Below, in pieces: positions 12,247-24,563 of a DNA stretch of 64,000 nucleotides (its first letter is position 1; every line of letters starts with the position of its first letter). Origin of the DNA: Patellaria atrata CBS 101060 (taxonomy: Eukaryota); assembly GCA_010093705.1 (NCBI GenBank), contig MU006103.1:372001-436000 (forward strand), given 5' to 3'. Under the pieces are notes generated by a model that saw only the letters and a list, made by a program, of their open reading frames with translations, had not been told where the DNA came from and did not search any database. The position numbers were made by a program, and so were the translations under genes.

Positions 12247-12903
12247 TAACATATTCTACATCACGTTTTAGGGTCTACTAAAATCTCAAAACTGCAAGCG
12301 GGGTGTTGGAGGTTATATCTAGCGTTTCGTTTTCCCAGCATTATTACCACATCTTTCATTTGTAAAGGCGGACATGGTTGGGGTTCGGGTGGTTTCTTCT
12401 TGTTCTTCTTGGAAATGGGATTGAGCCATATAAAACAATGTAGTATAATTATTGGGTAATCACAGCATTAGACTCGTCTATCAATGTTATGAAGCACAAA
12501 GCCCATATAAAATCCCGAAAAGGGGCAAGGTCGGTACGGGATATGTACCCTAAACAACACTCCCGTCCCGAACTCCGCAGGTTGTGCACGACCTAAAACT
12601 AACCTAAACATCCTTTCAGATTAATGTGAATAACGTAATTTCGATTTTCACTCTTCACACAACTTGCTTCTCCCTCATCACTAAAGTGAACATTAACTGA
12701 ATTATCAAATACTATCACCCATTGTACTTATATTGAATCATGCAACCCCGCCTTCAGTGCTAGGCACAGGTGACATTTCCACCAACTCACCCAATCGAGT
12801 CCTTGCCTTCACCTCTCTTAACTGAACCTACCTCCAACGCGAACCTCCACCAGCTCCTCCCACAAACACAACCCCACCTCTCTCCGCGTCTCCTCCGACA
12901 ACA

Positions 12904-13665
12904 ATGTACATACTCCCCTCCCTCTTCCTCCCCGTCGACGAGACAACGACCATGGCCCTCGACCCGCCCTCTCTCACCTACAACCTGGGCAAAAGAAAAC
13001 GCACTATCGCACTCGACGAGCCGAAGGCGGAAAAAGCACAGAAAACAAACACACCGTTCGGAGTTGAGCACCTCGAGGGAAATTGGAACGAGAGACAGGA
13101 GCACGTGCTCCGCGATCTCACCGCCATGTCGAACGCGGGAAATATTAATGTGGAACTCGCCCAACCGACGATGACAAGGAGACACACGCATCCCGTACAT
13201 CGACCGCTTGCTGCGTCAAGGAAGCGGAAATTACACCTCGTACAGTCGGTCCCGGAGCAGAACCATACATCGTCCGCCCCGGGTAGATGTCATATCTGCG
13301 CCCGCCCACAGAGGCTGAAACGGGATCTGTTGGCTTACGCAGACTGTGCGCGCTGCGCAGGACGGACGTGTTTCGTGTGTTTGAGGGTTTGTGAAGGTGA
13401 TGATACTAACCAGGGGAATGGACTGGGGCATGTTGGTGCTACTGCTTTCGATGATATGGGAAAACACGTCGGTCTGGGACAGGGCTACAGAAACGAGCTA
13501 GGAGGGTGTGGGATGCCGGAACCGGGACGGGGAGGAGAATCGGCGGATCACGGCTGCGGCGGACGGAAGGTGTGTAGTCAGTGTTGTGTGGAAGTGGGGC
13601 AGGAGGGACGGAATGTTTGTTTGGATTGTCTTGGACGTTGTCACGGGGAGCGGATGGGGGAGTAG
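12904..13665 (+). CDS. Hypothetical protein with Cys-rich C-terminal half (several CxxC pairs; probable Zn-binding)
   Basis: 253-aa ORF after a CT-rich leader. Contains CHIC, CARC, CFVC, CSQC, CLDC and an NLS-like GKRKR. Confidence 0.7.
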   Translation: MYILPSLFLPVDETTTMALDPPSLTYNLGKRKRTIALDEPKAEKAQKTNTPFGVEHLEGNWNERQEHVLRDLTAMSNAGNINVELAQPTMTRRHTHPVHRPLAASRKRKLHLVQSVPEQNHTSSAPGRCHICARPQRLKRDLLAYADCARCAGRTCFVCLRVCEGDDTNQGNGLGHVGATAFDDMGKHVGLGQGYRNELGGCGMPEPGRGGESADHGCGGRKVCSQCCVEVGQEGRNVCLDCLGRCHGERMGE

Positions 13666-13700
13666 GGGTTGAAATAAGGTACCTTAGGTTTGTACAGTAC

Positions 13701-13702
<2 letters not shown>

Positions 13703-13743
<41 letters not shown>
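13703..13743 (+). repeat. (GA)n microsatellite, about 20 units
   Basis: Uninterrupted gagaga run in the 3' region of the preceding gene. Confidence 0.95.
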
Positions 13744-13745
<2 letters not shown>

Positions 13746-14188
13746 GACGGCCCGGGTGAAAGGTCCCCTTGGGAAGAGTGTATCGTACATATTGGGCAGG
13801 AACGCGTTTGTGGTGGGTGGGTTTGGGCGTTGGAAACGCACTTGCCCCTTTCGGTTGTAATATGGATACGTTACAGTACAGCATCCTGATACCCCTACTT
13901 TAGCAATCAATACAACAGCGGGTTCTTAAGTACGGTATATTCTAATTGCTGTTTAAGTCTTGTACAGTACGAAGCAACATTGTCAATATCAGTGATCTCC
14001 GTTGTGGTCAACTATATCCATTATTGCGTATGATAGTACATGCCTTCTCCGAACCATATCGAGGAAAATAAGCTAAGGGGTATAAAACATTCTCGCCGAG
14101 CCGTCTAGAAAACCTCCCCGCGAAACCATTAAAAAGAAAAAGAAAAGGAGAAAGCTCATCAAAACATTCATCGCAGGCAGGCCCATCC

Positions 14189-15247
14189 TTACGCCCTCTC
14201 CACATGAGTCGTTCTCGGCTTCTCCGTATACGTCCTCTCCCGCCGCTTTCGATGCCCAATGCAAGTCTCCACCATCCACCACACACAGCATATCAGCATC
14301 GCAGCCGTAGCACCCCACGTAAGACCGAGGAACTTATTTCCTCGCTTTGCCTCGATGCCGATATCGTCACCGTACTTGTTGATTATATTACTACCTTTGA
14401 CGACAACGGCCGTAACGATTCCGGAAGCGATGCCGAACGCAAGGAATGCGAGGAGTGCGAGGGCTGCATTTAGAAGCGCGGTTGCGCGGCCGGAGAAGAG
14501 AAGGCCGAGAACTGATGTGATGAGGGTGAGGATGGAGAGTCCGATGCCAATGCAGTAGAGGACGAAGGCGGCGCGACCGGCTATACGGAGGCCGTCGAGA
14601 CCATTTTGGATCGCGTCGGGCCTGGTGGGTAGAGGTTAGCAGTTGCTTGTGTGTAGGAGTGTCATGATCGGGGAGGTTTTGGCGTTTCCATGAACGTACC
14701 ATCTAAGGTCTTCAAGTGTGATTGGAACACCACTGTCGTCTAGGGATTGTTGGAGAATCTCAGTGGGGTTGAAGTGGTACATTGCCCGGCGGTCGGAGCA
14801 ATCTTCGACGTGCTTCTTGGGATTTGTGGTGTCGTTCCCGATGGGGCCAGGTAAGTAACTGCCATAGCAGTAATCCATCAGATGTGCGGAGTACCAGTCC
14901 TGGAGGCCCAATTGCTCGGCGATAGAGCCGACGGCATTGTTGATAAGGTCGGATGCTTGGTCTTGAAGGTCGTCGCCAATGTTATCTATGAACTCTGAGA
15001 TGGGGTTGCTGTTGTCATCATCGTCGCCAGCGTTCAGATCAACTAGCTCGTAGCCGATTCGGGACGTGTTTAACTGAGCGCTGTAAGCTTGCGATTAAGG
15101 TATATGGCGAAGGGGTTCAGAGATACTCACGGTCATGACGTGGTACTCCTCCATAAAGTTCTTTTTATGGCCTGCAAACAGCAACAGGAATCCTAAGATT
15201 GTGGACGCTATGGCGCACAGGATGGGGATGAGGGCCGTCAACCGCAT
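14189..15247 (-). CDS. SUR7/PalI-family multi-pass membrane protein; 3 exons
   Basis: ATG at 15247 followed by a TM helix ending LFAG. Introns 15074..15130 and 14622..14699. Loop motif LNTSRIG...LGLQDWYSAHLMDYCYG...C, then three more TM segments. Stop TAA at 14189-14191. Confidence 0.85.
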
Positions 15248-16302
15248 TTTGATTGACTGGAAATTTATATACAAAAGGTATGTGGAATGAAGGACTGGAG
15301 GAGAGAGGTAGAATCGATCTAGGTACTTGTAGCAAGTCGAAGTCTTGAGAGCAGACTTGTCTTATGGCTTTAAGTTTAAGGACTCGGCAGACAGAAAGTC
15401 AGGCTGAGTAGACAGTCAAAGAAAAGAGATGCGTCACCAGAAAATAAGAAAGAGCCTGGTGGAACGTTATGCTGATATAGACGTTCAGGCGATGACACAA
15501 TCCTCGGTCTTCCTTTACGACAGCCAAGTAGTAGCTAATAAAATACTCAAGGGTCCAAACCTGGAATAAAGAAGGCGAGCCTACTTGTACCATGAATGTT
15601 GTTGACGGTCCCTCGTGGCTGGGGAGCATTCCGATCGAATTTGATTGATGCCAGGTACTGGGACCGTGAGGCGCCAATGACAACAAATCCCATCATTATT
15701 GATTGAAGCAAAAGTTGGCACTGGACGATTATTCACGAGAGACGGGTAACACGGGACAACGCGCGTACGTCATAGCATTAAAAAGCGAAAGATGAAACGC
15801 TTGAGGTGGTGATCATCGTTCTTATGGGAAAGATTTACCGAAGTATCTCTCTGATCACGTGCACGACTTGTACCGTATACTCTACCGCCGTTTACAAGAA
15901 ATGTTTGTCTTCAGTGATTGTAGAGTATATCCAGTAAAACTAGGAGATAAAATCACCGATTGTCATTCTCTTAGTACTGCTAGACTAGGAAACTACAACT
16001 TCCACAGATACCTTGAGAATGGACTGTTTGTTCTTCTGCTCACTTAGAGCTAGAGTGTTCAGGTACTTTATCCTATCTAATTGAGAGAAGACTCTACCGA
16101 AACACATCTAAAGTGGTGATGATTATCTAAATATCCTCGCCCATCTCTCCTTCTTTCCCGTAGTCATTCTCGTAGAGGTCGTTGCTCATTACTCATACCC
16201 ATATCGAACTTTTAGATGCCATTACTAGCAGAAGAGGACTCTCTGTCTTAAAAAGGATGCTATAGCAGATCCAGATGCCCACCCCGAAGAAAAAAAAAAC
16301 CT

Positions 16303-17133
16303 TCAACCAGTCTTCTTCGCAGCTCTACGCGTTTGCATGGGGTGGTCACCTATTCTGTCATTCCACGGTGAATAAGGCGCCGCCATGACGTGTACAGGAT
16401 CTCTTTCAGGTTCACCAGCAGTCGGCCTTCGTTTTTGCTCTTCATGCAACTTATCTAATGAGTCGCCAACAGCATGATACTTCGCCCAGTTGATAGACGG
16501 ACACCGATAGACATTCTGTGGTTGCGGTATAGGACCGAATTTAGAAGGTGGCCCTTGCGGCGAGGACGGGGCAGAATCTGACGCTTCCGACGCTGGACTC
16601 TCCTGGCTGTCGGCTATTTCGATATCATGTGTCGAATCCGTACGCTTTTTGAAAACTTCACCCTCGCTAGGAAGTGGTCGAGATTTGACTTTGGTTTTTG
16701 GTAAGTTGAGAGTAGCCCGGTTGCCGGTAATCTCCTTGACAAACCCCTCGGGGTCCGCAAGAGCGGCTTCTTTGGCGCGTAGTAGCGCTTTGATATCACG
16801 TTTACTCTTTTCACGCTGAATCTGTAAAATGGAGATTGCAGACCTCAAAGCTATTGCATCCGTGTTCTCGCTCTCCGATATTGGTATTGGATCCGGTCTT
16901 CTCATCAGTGTTGTCGCAGGTGGAGGTATGACGCGCTCTTGTTCATTGTGGTCTGCCAGTTGAGCGAGCTTTGCAACAGGTGTTATGGGTGAGAATGGTG
17001 GCCTAGGTGGTTCCGCCGAAGATCCAAACTGGTAGTAATGTGAAAAGTTGTCTCGTGGTGGTGGCGGAACGCTGGATACTGGCGGAGAGGCTTCTGACGC
17101 TTGTCCCTCGGCGGAGAAGGCGAGCGCAGGCAT
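16303..17133 (-). CDS. Hypothetical fungal protein (Pro/Ser-rich with a coiled-coil segment)
   Basis: 276-aa single ORF with ordered-looking blocks DAIALRSAISILQIQREKSKRDIKAL and IPQPQNVYRCPSINWAKYH. Confidence 0.75.
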   Translation of the reverse strand: MPALAFSAEGQASEASPPVSSVPPPPRDNFSHYYQFGSSAEPPRPPFSPITPVAKLAQLADHNEQERVIPPPATTLMRRPDPIPISESENTDAIALRSAISILQIQREKSKRDIKALLRAKEAALADPEGFVKEITGNRATLNLPKTKVKSRPLPSEGEVFKKRTDSTHDIEIADSQESPASEASDSAPSSPQGPPSKFGPIPQPQNVYRCPSINWAKYHAVGDSLDKLHEEQKRRPTAGEPERDPVHVMAAPYSPWNDRIGDHPMQTRRAAKKTG

Positions 17134-18655
17134 AACAGTACTTGGTGGGATTTCTAAAGGAGCGGCGCACAGCTATGTGTCAGTTGCTGGCAGACGGAGC
17201 AAGGGAAAGAAAAGAAAATAGCCCAGATAAATGGTGCTGTTCCTGGTGGAGCGGAAAATGCGACGTATAATTTCACTTTGAGGTAAAGCCAGCGCCACGG
17301 GAGATTTGCTGTTCGGGAGTGGCACGGAGCGGTTGAGAGGCCTGCCGCAAAGATCCGCAAGACCGACTTCCTGAGCACTTTCTTCACTATCAAACATGAA
17401 TCGGATCCGTACCGTACCGTACCGCATCTATACAAAGTCTTTTCGAGTTGTCCTTTTTTACGTACAAATACTGTAACTAGTCTCTATAGCTCTAGTCTAA
17501 GGAAAGTTCCAACTCGCAGTAGTTAACAGGACGGATAAGGACGGAGGTATAAGTACAAGCTAAGGATAAAACACTAATAAGTCCATCATAGTGTTGAGGT
17601 AAAGTAATGGAGTACCTGTTGGTCATGGTGGTCTATACTATTGGATCAGTAACTGCGAACAAATCAAGGGCCTGTCTAATCAGTCTCGTATTATGGTAGG
17701 TGGTTTTATGGTACAGTACTGCAGAACTACATGAACCGGAAGCATATCCAGATACATAAGGGTTCAACAAGATAGCCACAAGAAAACACTAATTCCATGA
17801 TCCTCCTGAGCCGTCTCGAACGGCAGAGCGTGGGATATGTATGTACACGTAAGGTATTTCATCCAGCTACCAGCATCATTGACTGGGCTCTCGCTCCTTG
17901 ATATGTACAGCATCGGAAGTTGCCTATCGGATTTCTGCAGTCCTGTACAGGTACGATCAGATCTACATTGTAAGCTGGCTAGCCATCAGTAAGTACTGTC
18001 GTGGCTTTTCGGCCCTTGAATTCAAATTTTGAAAACAAAATACTCCGAACATCTCAGCTGTGACATGTTCAAGCCATACCAAAGTGTTGTATCTTATCAT
18101 TGGCTACTAAGAAGCGAACATTGGATCGAGATCGATCGACACGAACCGTTAGCCATACCTAAAGTATCACACTCCGCAATTGCATCTTCCTAAGGCGTCA
18201 ACATCTCTTAGTTTTCATTAGCGACTTGTGATTTCACCCATCTAGTTGGCTCATCGTCTTTCGTGTGGCTGTCTCCTCGCAGATGTTGATGCAGTATCTG
18301 GAGCCCGTATACGATAACGCATACTTTCAGCACTGGGCAACGTTCTACCTGTCGTAGCATGAATGTAACTTTGTAATGAGCCATGGAGACACACCCCTAC
18401 CTCTCATCAATTGCCATGTTATATTCCCATTTGTTCTAGGTACCTGGAAATACTCGGCGAGCTCCCGAAAACCATTACTATTGAAGCATCCCAATCGCAC
18501 TAATCGAAGGGCTTAGCTAGAGATTTACCTATACCCTATCGGACTGTCCACTAACGCCATATATCCGGGCTTTACAGCTTGTACTCCTGTTTTCTCGACC
18601 GAAAGTTTGACTTCCAGTATTCTTCTTTCTTCTGAACGAAGCAATTCTTCAAACA

Positions 18656-20146
18656 ATGTCTGAACTCTTGAATGGTTCCCAGAGTCAGGGGCCCAAAGAT
18701 CTCTGGCTCACGAGTTCATTAACAGATCCTCCTTCAAATGGACTAACTGGATCTCGAAAGCCCGCTGTTGGGAGACACGATCCGAGATGTACCCCTCCTC
18801 GATCACCTTGTGCTCCAGCGTTCGCCCAAGATTTGGAAAACAGGATGTTAAAAGATACGATTGAGTCGATTCCAAAGGCTACAGTACAGTTCACACGGCA
18901 TCGACCCCCTGTTTCTAGTAGGACATCAATGTCGGATGATGTTTCTGTCTCATCTTCGCACATGTCTATGTCGACCTCGAAGCGTAAAAAGGGGGGGTCT
19001 AAACTAGGTCTCTTGAGTCTGAAAGAACCGTCGTCAAACGCACTGGAGCAATTTGCAAAACAGGAACGCAAAAAGGCGTCTGAAAAAGGTGCAACCATGA
19101 AAAGTGGCCATTTTCCAGGCGTGTCGTTGCAAAAGTTGCCATCCACAGTTCCAAAGGTCAATCAAAAATGGGATGGTATGCCAGAGTCCACGATACCGAA
19201 GGACAGACGTTCCTCGTCCATCTTTGATGGCAGTTCATCCGTTTTCAACGGAGATTCCTCTTCCAAAGGTCGACCCGGCAGCATGGCCAGCTCCACAAGG
19301 TCCAACTATAATATCGAAAATCGCAGACGACCGAATTCTCTCGTGTCGTCTTCCTTCGAAAGCATTGCCTCGTCTACCGCTGCCGCCTCCTCAATCGGAA
19401 GCCCGCTAAAACCTCAGTCATCGTTCGCGACTTCATTAGCATCACCGAGGGAGGACATTACAGGTTTGGAGAGCCCTCCCATGAGTCCTCCATCTATGGA
19501 CTCGCTCCCAGAAATGACATGCTTCTTCCCTCCAGATGTGCTTTCAACGGGAATTACAGAATCTTCAGTAGAAACCCGAGCCGAAGACTCAAATGGCAAC
19601 AACAGCAGAGACGCTAATTGTCAGCTCACCCCGCCTCTAGAGCCTCTAGATCAGGGCCAAGAGAAAACTTTCGATGACCCTCTTAACTGGTCTCTTCCAG
19701 CAATCGCCATCACGGATGGGATCACTTCATTGAATATTGACCAGTCCCATGAGCCCGAGAGTACCGCTCCGGTCTCTGTCAACGACGACGCCCGAGATAT
19801 GACGTCTCGCGAGGCCCTACATGACGATGAATGTGATAACCTCGTAATATCCCAGACCGCAGACTCACACGAGTCCGTCACCGATTCACTTTCTCCAGTC
19901 CCAGTTCCGGATACAGGGCTCGAAGAGCGTATGCTCCGCGCATCCGAGCAGAGAAGGAGGGAGTATGATACAGTCTCCGTGGTTAGCTCCGTAGCCCCAT
20001 CGGTGTTGTCGGCACAATGGTTCCGGTCGCCGAAAGAGCGACTAGGGTTGGGAGGGAAGATGTGGGTTGAAAGGCCTCTGCCGTGGGAGGAAGGGGGGCA
20101 GGTGGTGGTAGAGAAGAAGAAAAAGAGAGGATTGTTTAACAGGTAG
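18656..20146 (+). CDS. Hypothetical Ser-rich, largely disordered protein
   Basis: 496-aa ORF with short motif-like islands KEPSSNALEQF, KLPSTVPKVNQKWDGMP and WFRSPKERLGLGG. Confidence 0.7.
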   Translation: MSELLNGSQSQGPKDLWLTSSLTDPPSNGLTGSRKPAVGRHDPRCTPPRSPCAPAFAQDLENRMLKDTIESIPKATVQFTRHRPPVSSRTSMSDDVSVSSSHMSMSTSKRKKGGSKLGLLSLKEPSSNALEQFAKQERKKASEKGATMKSGHFPGVSLQKLPSTVPKVNQKWDGMPESTIPKDRRSSSIFDGSSSVFNGDSSSKGRPGSMASSTRSNYNIENRRRPNSLVSSSFESIASSTAAASSIGSPLKPQSSFATSLASPREDITGLESPPMSPPSMDSLPEMTCFFPPDVLSTGITESSVETRAEDSNGNNSRDANCQLTPPLEPLDQGQEKTFDDPLNWSLPAIAITDGITSLNIDQSHEPESTAPVSVNDDARDMTSREALHDDECDNLVISQTADSHESVTDSLSPVPVPDTGLEERMLRASEQRRREYDTVSVVSSVAPSVLSAQWFRSPKERLGLGGKMWVERPLPWEEGGQVVVEKKKKRGLFNR

Positions 20147-20389
20147 ATGGATCGATGGGGGGAGGATGGGTGGTGAATATGACAATAGTTGGGCTGTCGG
20201 ATGAGCCTCTGTTGAACGGGGTAGTCAACATATTCTATAGACGCAGTTTAAATGAAATAAAATCAATCAGTTGCATACCTAAGGTGTCTCTCCTGAATGA
20301 CGTGACAGCCGGCCGCACCTACCCAACGCGCAAACCACGTGCTCGACGGAAGGTGCAAGGCATAAGTACCAACGACCAATCTTCTTTCC

Positions 20390-20507
20390 ATCGAACTCGG
20401 GGGTGTAGCCGAGTAGGCAGGTACCTCGTCTATCTGCAGTGCCGCTAACTTACCGTCACCCCGGGTTCGATACAGAGTACCTTCACCTCGGCGGGGGAAC
20501 TGTTTTT
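20390..20507 (+). ncRNA. Candidate Pol III (tRNA-type promoter) small structured RNA, element A
   Basis: A-box-like TAGCCGAGTAGG 20406-20417, B-box GTTCGATAC 20465-20473, long stem ATCGAACTCGGGGGTG/CACCCCGGGTTCGAT, terminal CAG-AGTA-CC...GG-GAA-CTG hairpin, then T5 and further T runs. No cloverleaf. Confidence 0.55.
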
Positions 20508-21122
20508 AATTTTCTCAATTTTTTTTTTTGATTTCTAACACTTTTGCTGCTGCATTTGTCCTTTTTTCGTTTCACTAGATGATGTGTGTTGCTGGAGTGA
20601 TTCTGGTTGTGGGCTTCGACTTTTTGTTCGTGGTTGCTGGGGAGACCGCTTGGATGAATGAGTCTCTGAAGTAACTACAAGAACCATTAAATTTCTTCGC
20701 TGTACGTACGTACCCTTGTCACAGAGGTTAATATTTAGTTTAGAGGGGGAGATTGGTCTTCTGGAGCGTGGGAGCTGTGGGCTCTGATGATTAATTTTGA
20801 TTGTGATACATACACACATAAAAGGTCAGCGCGGGAGATATTAGTCAGTGCGAGTATAGAGAATCTCCATCGAGTGCAGAGAGATGGATGATATCACGAC
20901 TTTACGCATAGATTCATAACTTACGGTAAAATCAGAACGTACTTGACCGTATTGAACAGCGATTTGACATAATGCATTTTCAACTCTAACACATCATTCA
21001 ATTGTGTACGTGGGGGAACATTCGTTGATACCTCTGCGTAACAACCACAAAAATCAAAGATCATAAAAACCAACACGTCGAACGTAACGTTGCTTCCTAT
21101 TCCCCTCAAGTTCCTAAGTATC

Positions 21123-23937
21123 TTACAGGCTACTCAAAATACTCTGAACGCCCACACTGCCCACATCCTCCCTCTTCAACACATAACTTCTCAACTCATT
21201 TCTCTCGTTCGAATTCCTCAACCTCTCCCTCAACGCCTCAGGCCCAATCACAAACAGCGTTCCCACATCTACCAGAACTTGCATCCCACCCTGGTCCGCC
21301 GCGAAGTGTTCACCGACCGGCCATCCCCGGACCAGCTCCGCGTATTTTGTCACGTCTTTGCTGATGACCAAACCGCCCGTCAGGCTCACGGTGAACTTCC
21401 TGAAATGCTCGAGGAGAAGGGAGCGTAGACCGGTCGCGAGCTCCTCGCAGAATAACTGGCGGTTACGGCCGTCCAGGGAACCTGCCACTGCAGTAGCGAC
21501 GTGAGATAGAAAGGTGAACACGGCGAGACAGGTCGGCGTCTCCGTTCCTAGCGCTAGCGCTGCATCGTCTTTGGGTCGGAAATCCTGCTTCTTCTGCCCT
21601 GCGAGGAGTTTGCCGGTCCACGCAAGGGCGGCGTCAAGTGTGCGTTGTAGGATTGTGCTGATCTTGTGCTCAAAGATGGAAAGATGTGTCTGCGTTGTCT
21701 TCTCGATTTCGCGCCGGATGGTGAGGTTAGGGGAGGCAAGGGGGAAGAGGACGGTTTGAGTGGCGGTTTGTAGAAGGTGGATGATGGTGATAGCGCTACG
21801 GAGAGAGGGAAGGTAGTTGAGGTCAGGTTCTGTTTTGGTATTTTCGGCTGCGGCGGCTTGTTCAGCGGCCGCATCCAGTGCTGTCTCAAGGTATATTTCG
21901 CCCATGTGGGAAAGAAGTAGACTTAGTAGTGCTTGTACGTCTTTTGGTGTTTCGTTGCCGCCGCTTAGCTCCAGGCTTCTCCCCACCCCTTCTGCGAGCC
22001 ATTTGAGCATACGTTTTGCGTTGGGGAGACTTAGAGCGCCATCCTTTTCTGTGACTTCGATCTCCCCTTTCGTCTTTTCGCTATCGGCGTCTTTCAAGCC
22101 TGCGATTCGGAGGAGCATCGCTTTTTGGGATGCTGGGAGGTCAGATGAGTCGAGTTTATCCATATATGCGTCTCTTGCAGACGATATCAGCTCTCTTCCT
22201 CTTTGCCCTAGAGAACCCAGATAGGTTGTAGGTACTTTCCTCCGTTTGGACTAAAAAATCTTAGTATATATCACATAAAAGTATTCGCTTTGTTGCTTAC
22301 GTGATAAATTGTGAATTTGAGCAATAGGGATGAATAAAGCTCCTCTAGATTCTTCTTCTCCCGCTCAATGTACGATGAACCTACAAAGTAAGGAACAAAA
22401 AGATCTTCCAGCTGCTGATCAAGCGTAGCAGCTATTTGTGATGAAACTGGTTCTGGAGTCTGTGTCAACCCATGAGCCTTTAAGTCGTCTACAAGAGTCC
22501 CAATATAGCTTCGAGAAGCTTGTAATGTTCTAAGAAATGCCAATGAGGAGATGGAATTGGCTTTTTCTAAGACCATTTCGAGGCGTTGTTGAATCTATAC
22601 CATGTCAGCATCTGACGAACAAGAGCACTATACCGCGCCTACTGATTGTTGGAAAATACGCTGCAGAAATCTAGAAAGGACTTCATCATAAAAAGGAAAC
22701 GCATTTTTGATGATAAAGGCTTCATTTTGAACGGTTATCTTAACTTCGTCTACAAGCGATTGTAAACTCGGTTCTACGCCCGGGGGTTCGGTGTCTGGAT
22801 CTGCGAGTTGATCCCAGCTGTACATATGGTCAGATGCTTTGGGTGTATGCTTAATTCGTTGGCGGAAGAAATACGTTTCATCATTCCCAGCAACTTCTTC
22901 CGTGATCAATTGACTTCTATCAATGAAAAACGGATGCTGATTGACGAACAACGCCATCATACTGGCACCATCACTAAAATCTCGCAAGGCGATCGCGCAT
23001 TCCTAATATTAAAGTAAATATGTATACAACGTGACATATTGTACAGTTTTGACTAACCCTCATATTTTCAAAATGCTGTTTCCGATAGGAATCATCAAAT
23101 TGCTTGAGAAGATCGGTCTCCAAACCCTCGAGGAACTTTTCGATGATTTCTCTAGTTGAATGTTTGGTGGGAACTGCAGTTTTTCGTCTGTCTGCTCCAT
23201 CTGTTGAAAGCTTACCGTTTACCTGAGAGCCAGTCTCCATTCTTACACTTATTTTCAAGAGTTGTCGCGCGATATGGGCACAGCGAATCTTTCCCTCTGA
23301 TGTACCCAACCTTCTGACGTCTTCTAGTGATGCAAGATTTCCTTTTTCACTAACTTCTATCCAGCATTGTATTAAGAATTTCGCATCCTGAGCCCGTTGT
23401 CGTTGGCCATCTAACTCATCCAACTGCTCTCCAATGCGCACAGCGGTGTTCCCACCAATATCTCCATCTCTTTCACTACTGCTTCCGTTGAGAGAGCTAT
23501 CCAATTGATGGAATGATTCTATTGCTCGCTCCAACTTCTTGCTCAGTTCACTCACATTTGCATTATGTTGCGCTTCCGCTCGGCGTACTGCGCCTGACAA
23601 CTCATTTTCTTGTGACTCGAGCTCTTCGGAGAGGGAACCTAGACGGGATAAGGCATGTTCGAAAGTTCGGATGAGAGGTTTAGGATCGAAAGCGGCTTGG
23701 TGAGTGATTGGAGCTGAGCGACGACTGGCGGGTATAGCACTATCTGATAGAGCTTCTATGAAGTCTTTAACGATGAAGTCTTTACTCTATGATTGAGATT
23801 TAGCCCGCTTACTTGATTCTTGGGTTTGCTAGGTTACTTACGGAGAAAGTCTCGAGGGTAAAGTTATGCCCCTTCCCCCTACTAATAGTACCAACGGATG
23901 ATAGGATTGACGCAGTGTCTCCACTAGAGGTAGGCAT
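21123..23937 (-). CDS. SEC10: Exocyst complex component Sec10; about 6 exons
   Basis: ATG at 23937. Introns include 23787..23841, 23003..23057 and 22818..22874. Motifs FTLETFSSKDFIVKDFIEALS, FDPKPLIRTFE, FVNQHPFFIDR, LLAGQKKQDFRPKD, GGLVISKDVTKY. Confidence 0.9.
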
Positions 23938-24563
23938 CACGAAACAAGTCGGCTTTGATGGCGCATTAGTTGAACTATTTTCGGTAGGTGTAAGGCATTG
24001 CTGATATGATCTTGTTGTTTGCTCTGAGAGGTTAAATCCAGTAGTTTTCCGATTATCCCCTGACGGTCGCAAATCTTTATGTCCCGTTTACAATATCAAA
24101 TCGTGATGAGCCTGGTCGTTATCGAAGTTGTACTGAGGTGTATACCTCCGTCTATACTGTACATCAAACCGTATGGGGTTTAGCTTAACATACGCGTGGA
24201 GTTTGGTAGATGTGGCTGAAGCCCTAGTGATCCCTGTTAGCTTCAAGGTAAGAGCCGCAAAGCGTCGTCGTCACAGGATGGAGCTTGCCTACCAAACTTT
24301 TGTTAGTGCCGGCTGCCGTCTCATTCAAATGGAAGTCAACGTGAATTTATATACAACAATGCGCTCTCCACTTCCTTTCTCCCGAAGTCTCTCATTTTCA
24401 TGAGTATTATCACACTACCAAAGGAATTAATTTTTATCTGTTTCTCTACGGAGTTGTCTCCGCCGCAATTGCTTGTCTCGAGAAGCTTCTCAGCTCAACA
24501 TAGGCACAGACTATCCGCATATATTCTTTCGTTCACCATCGTATATGGTCTATTTGACTCACA

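Noticed and set aside
20398..20480. Canonical tRNA-Ala-like gene
   Set aside because: A/B boxes are present, but the 3' T-stem and acceptor-stem strands do not pair, so there is no cloverleaf. Reported as a candidate ncRNA instead.
20390..20507. Dispersed 5S rRNA gene (similar length, loop-E-like AGTA/GAA, T-run)
   Set aside because: No recognisable 5S sequence blocks, and it carries a B box, which 5S genes lack.
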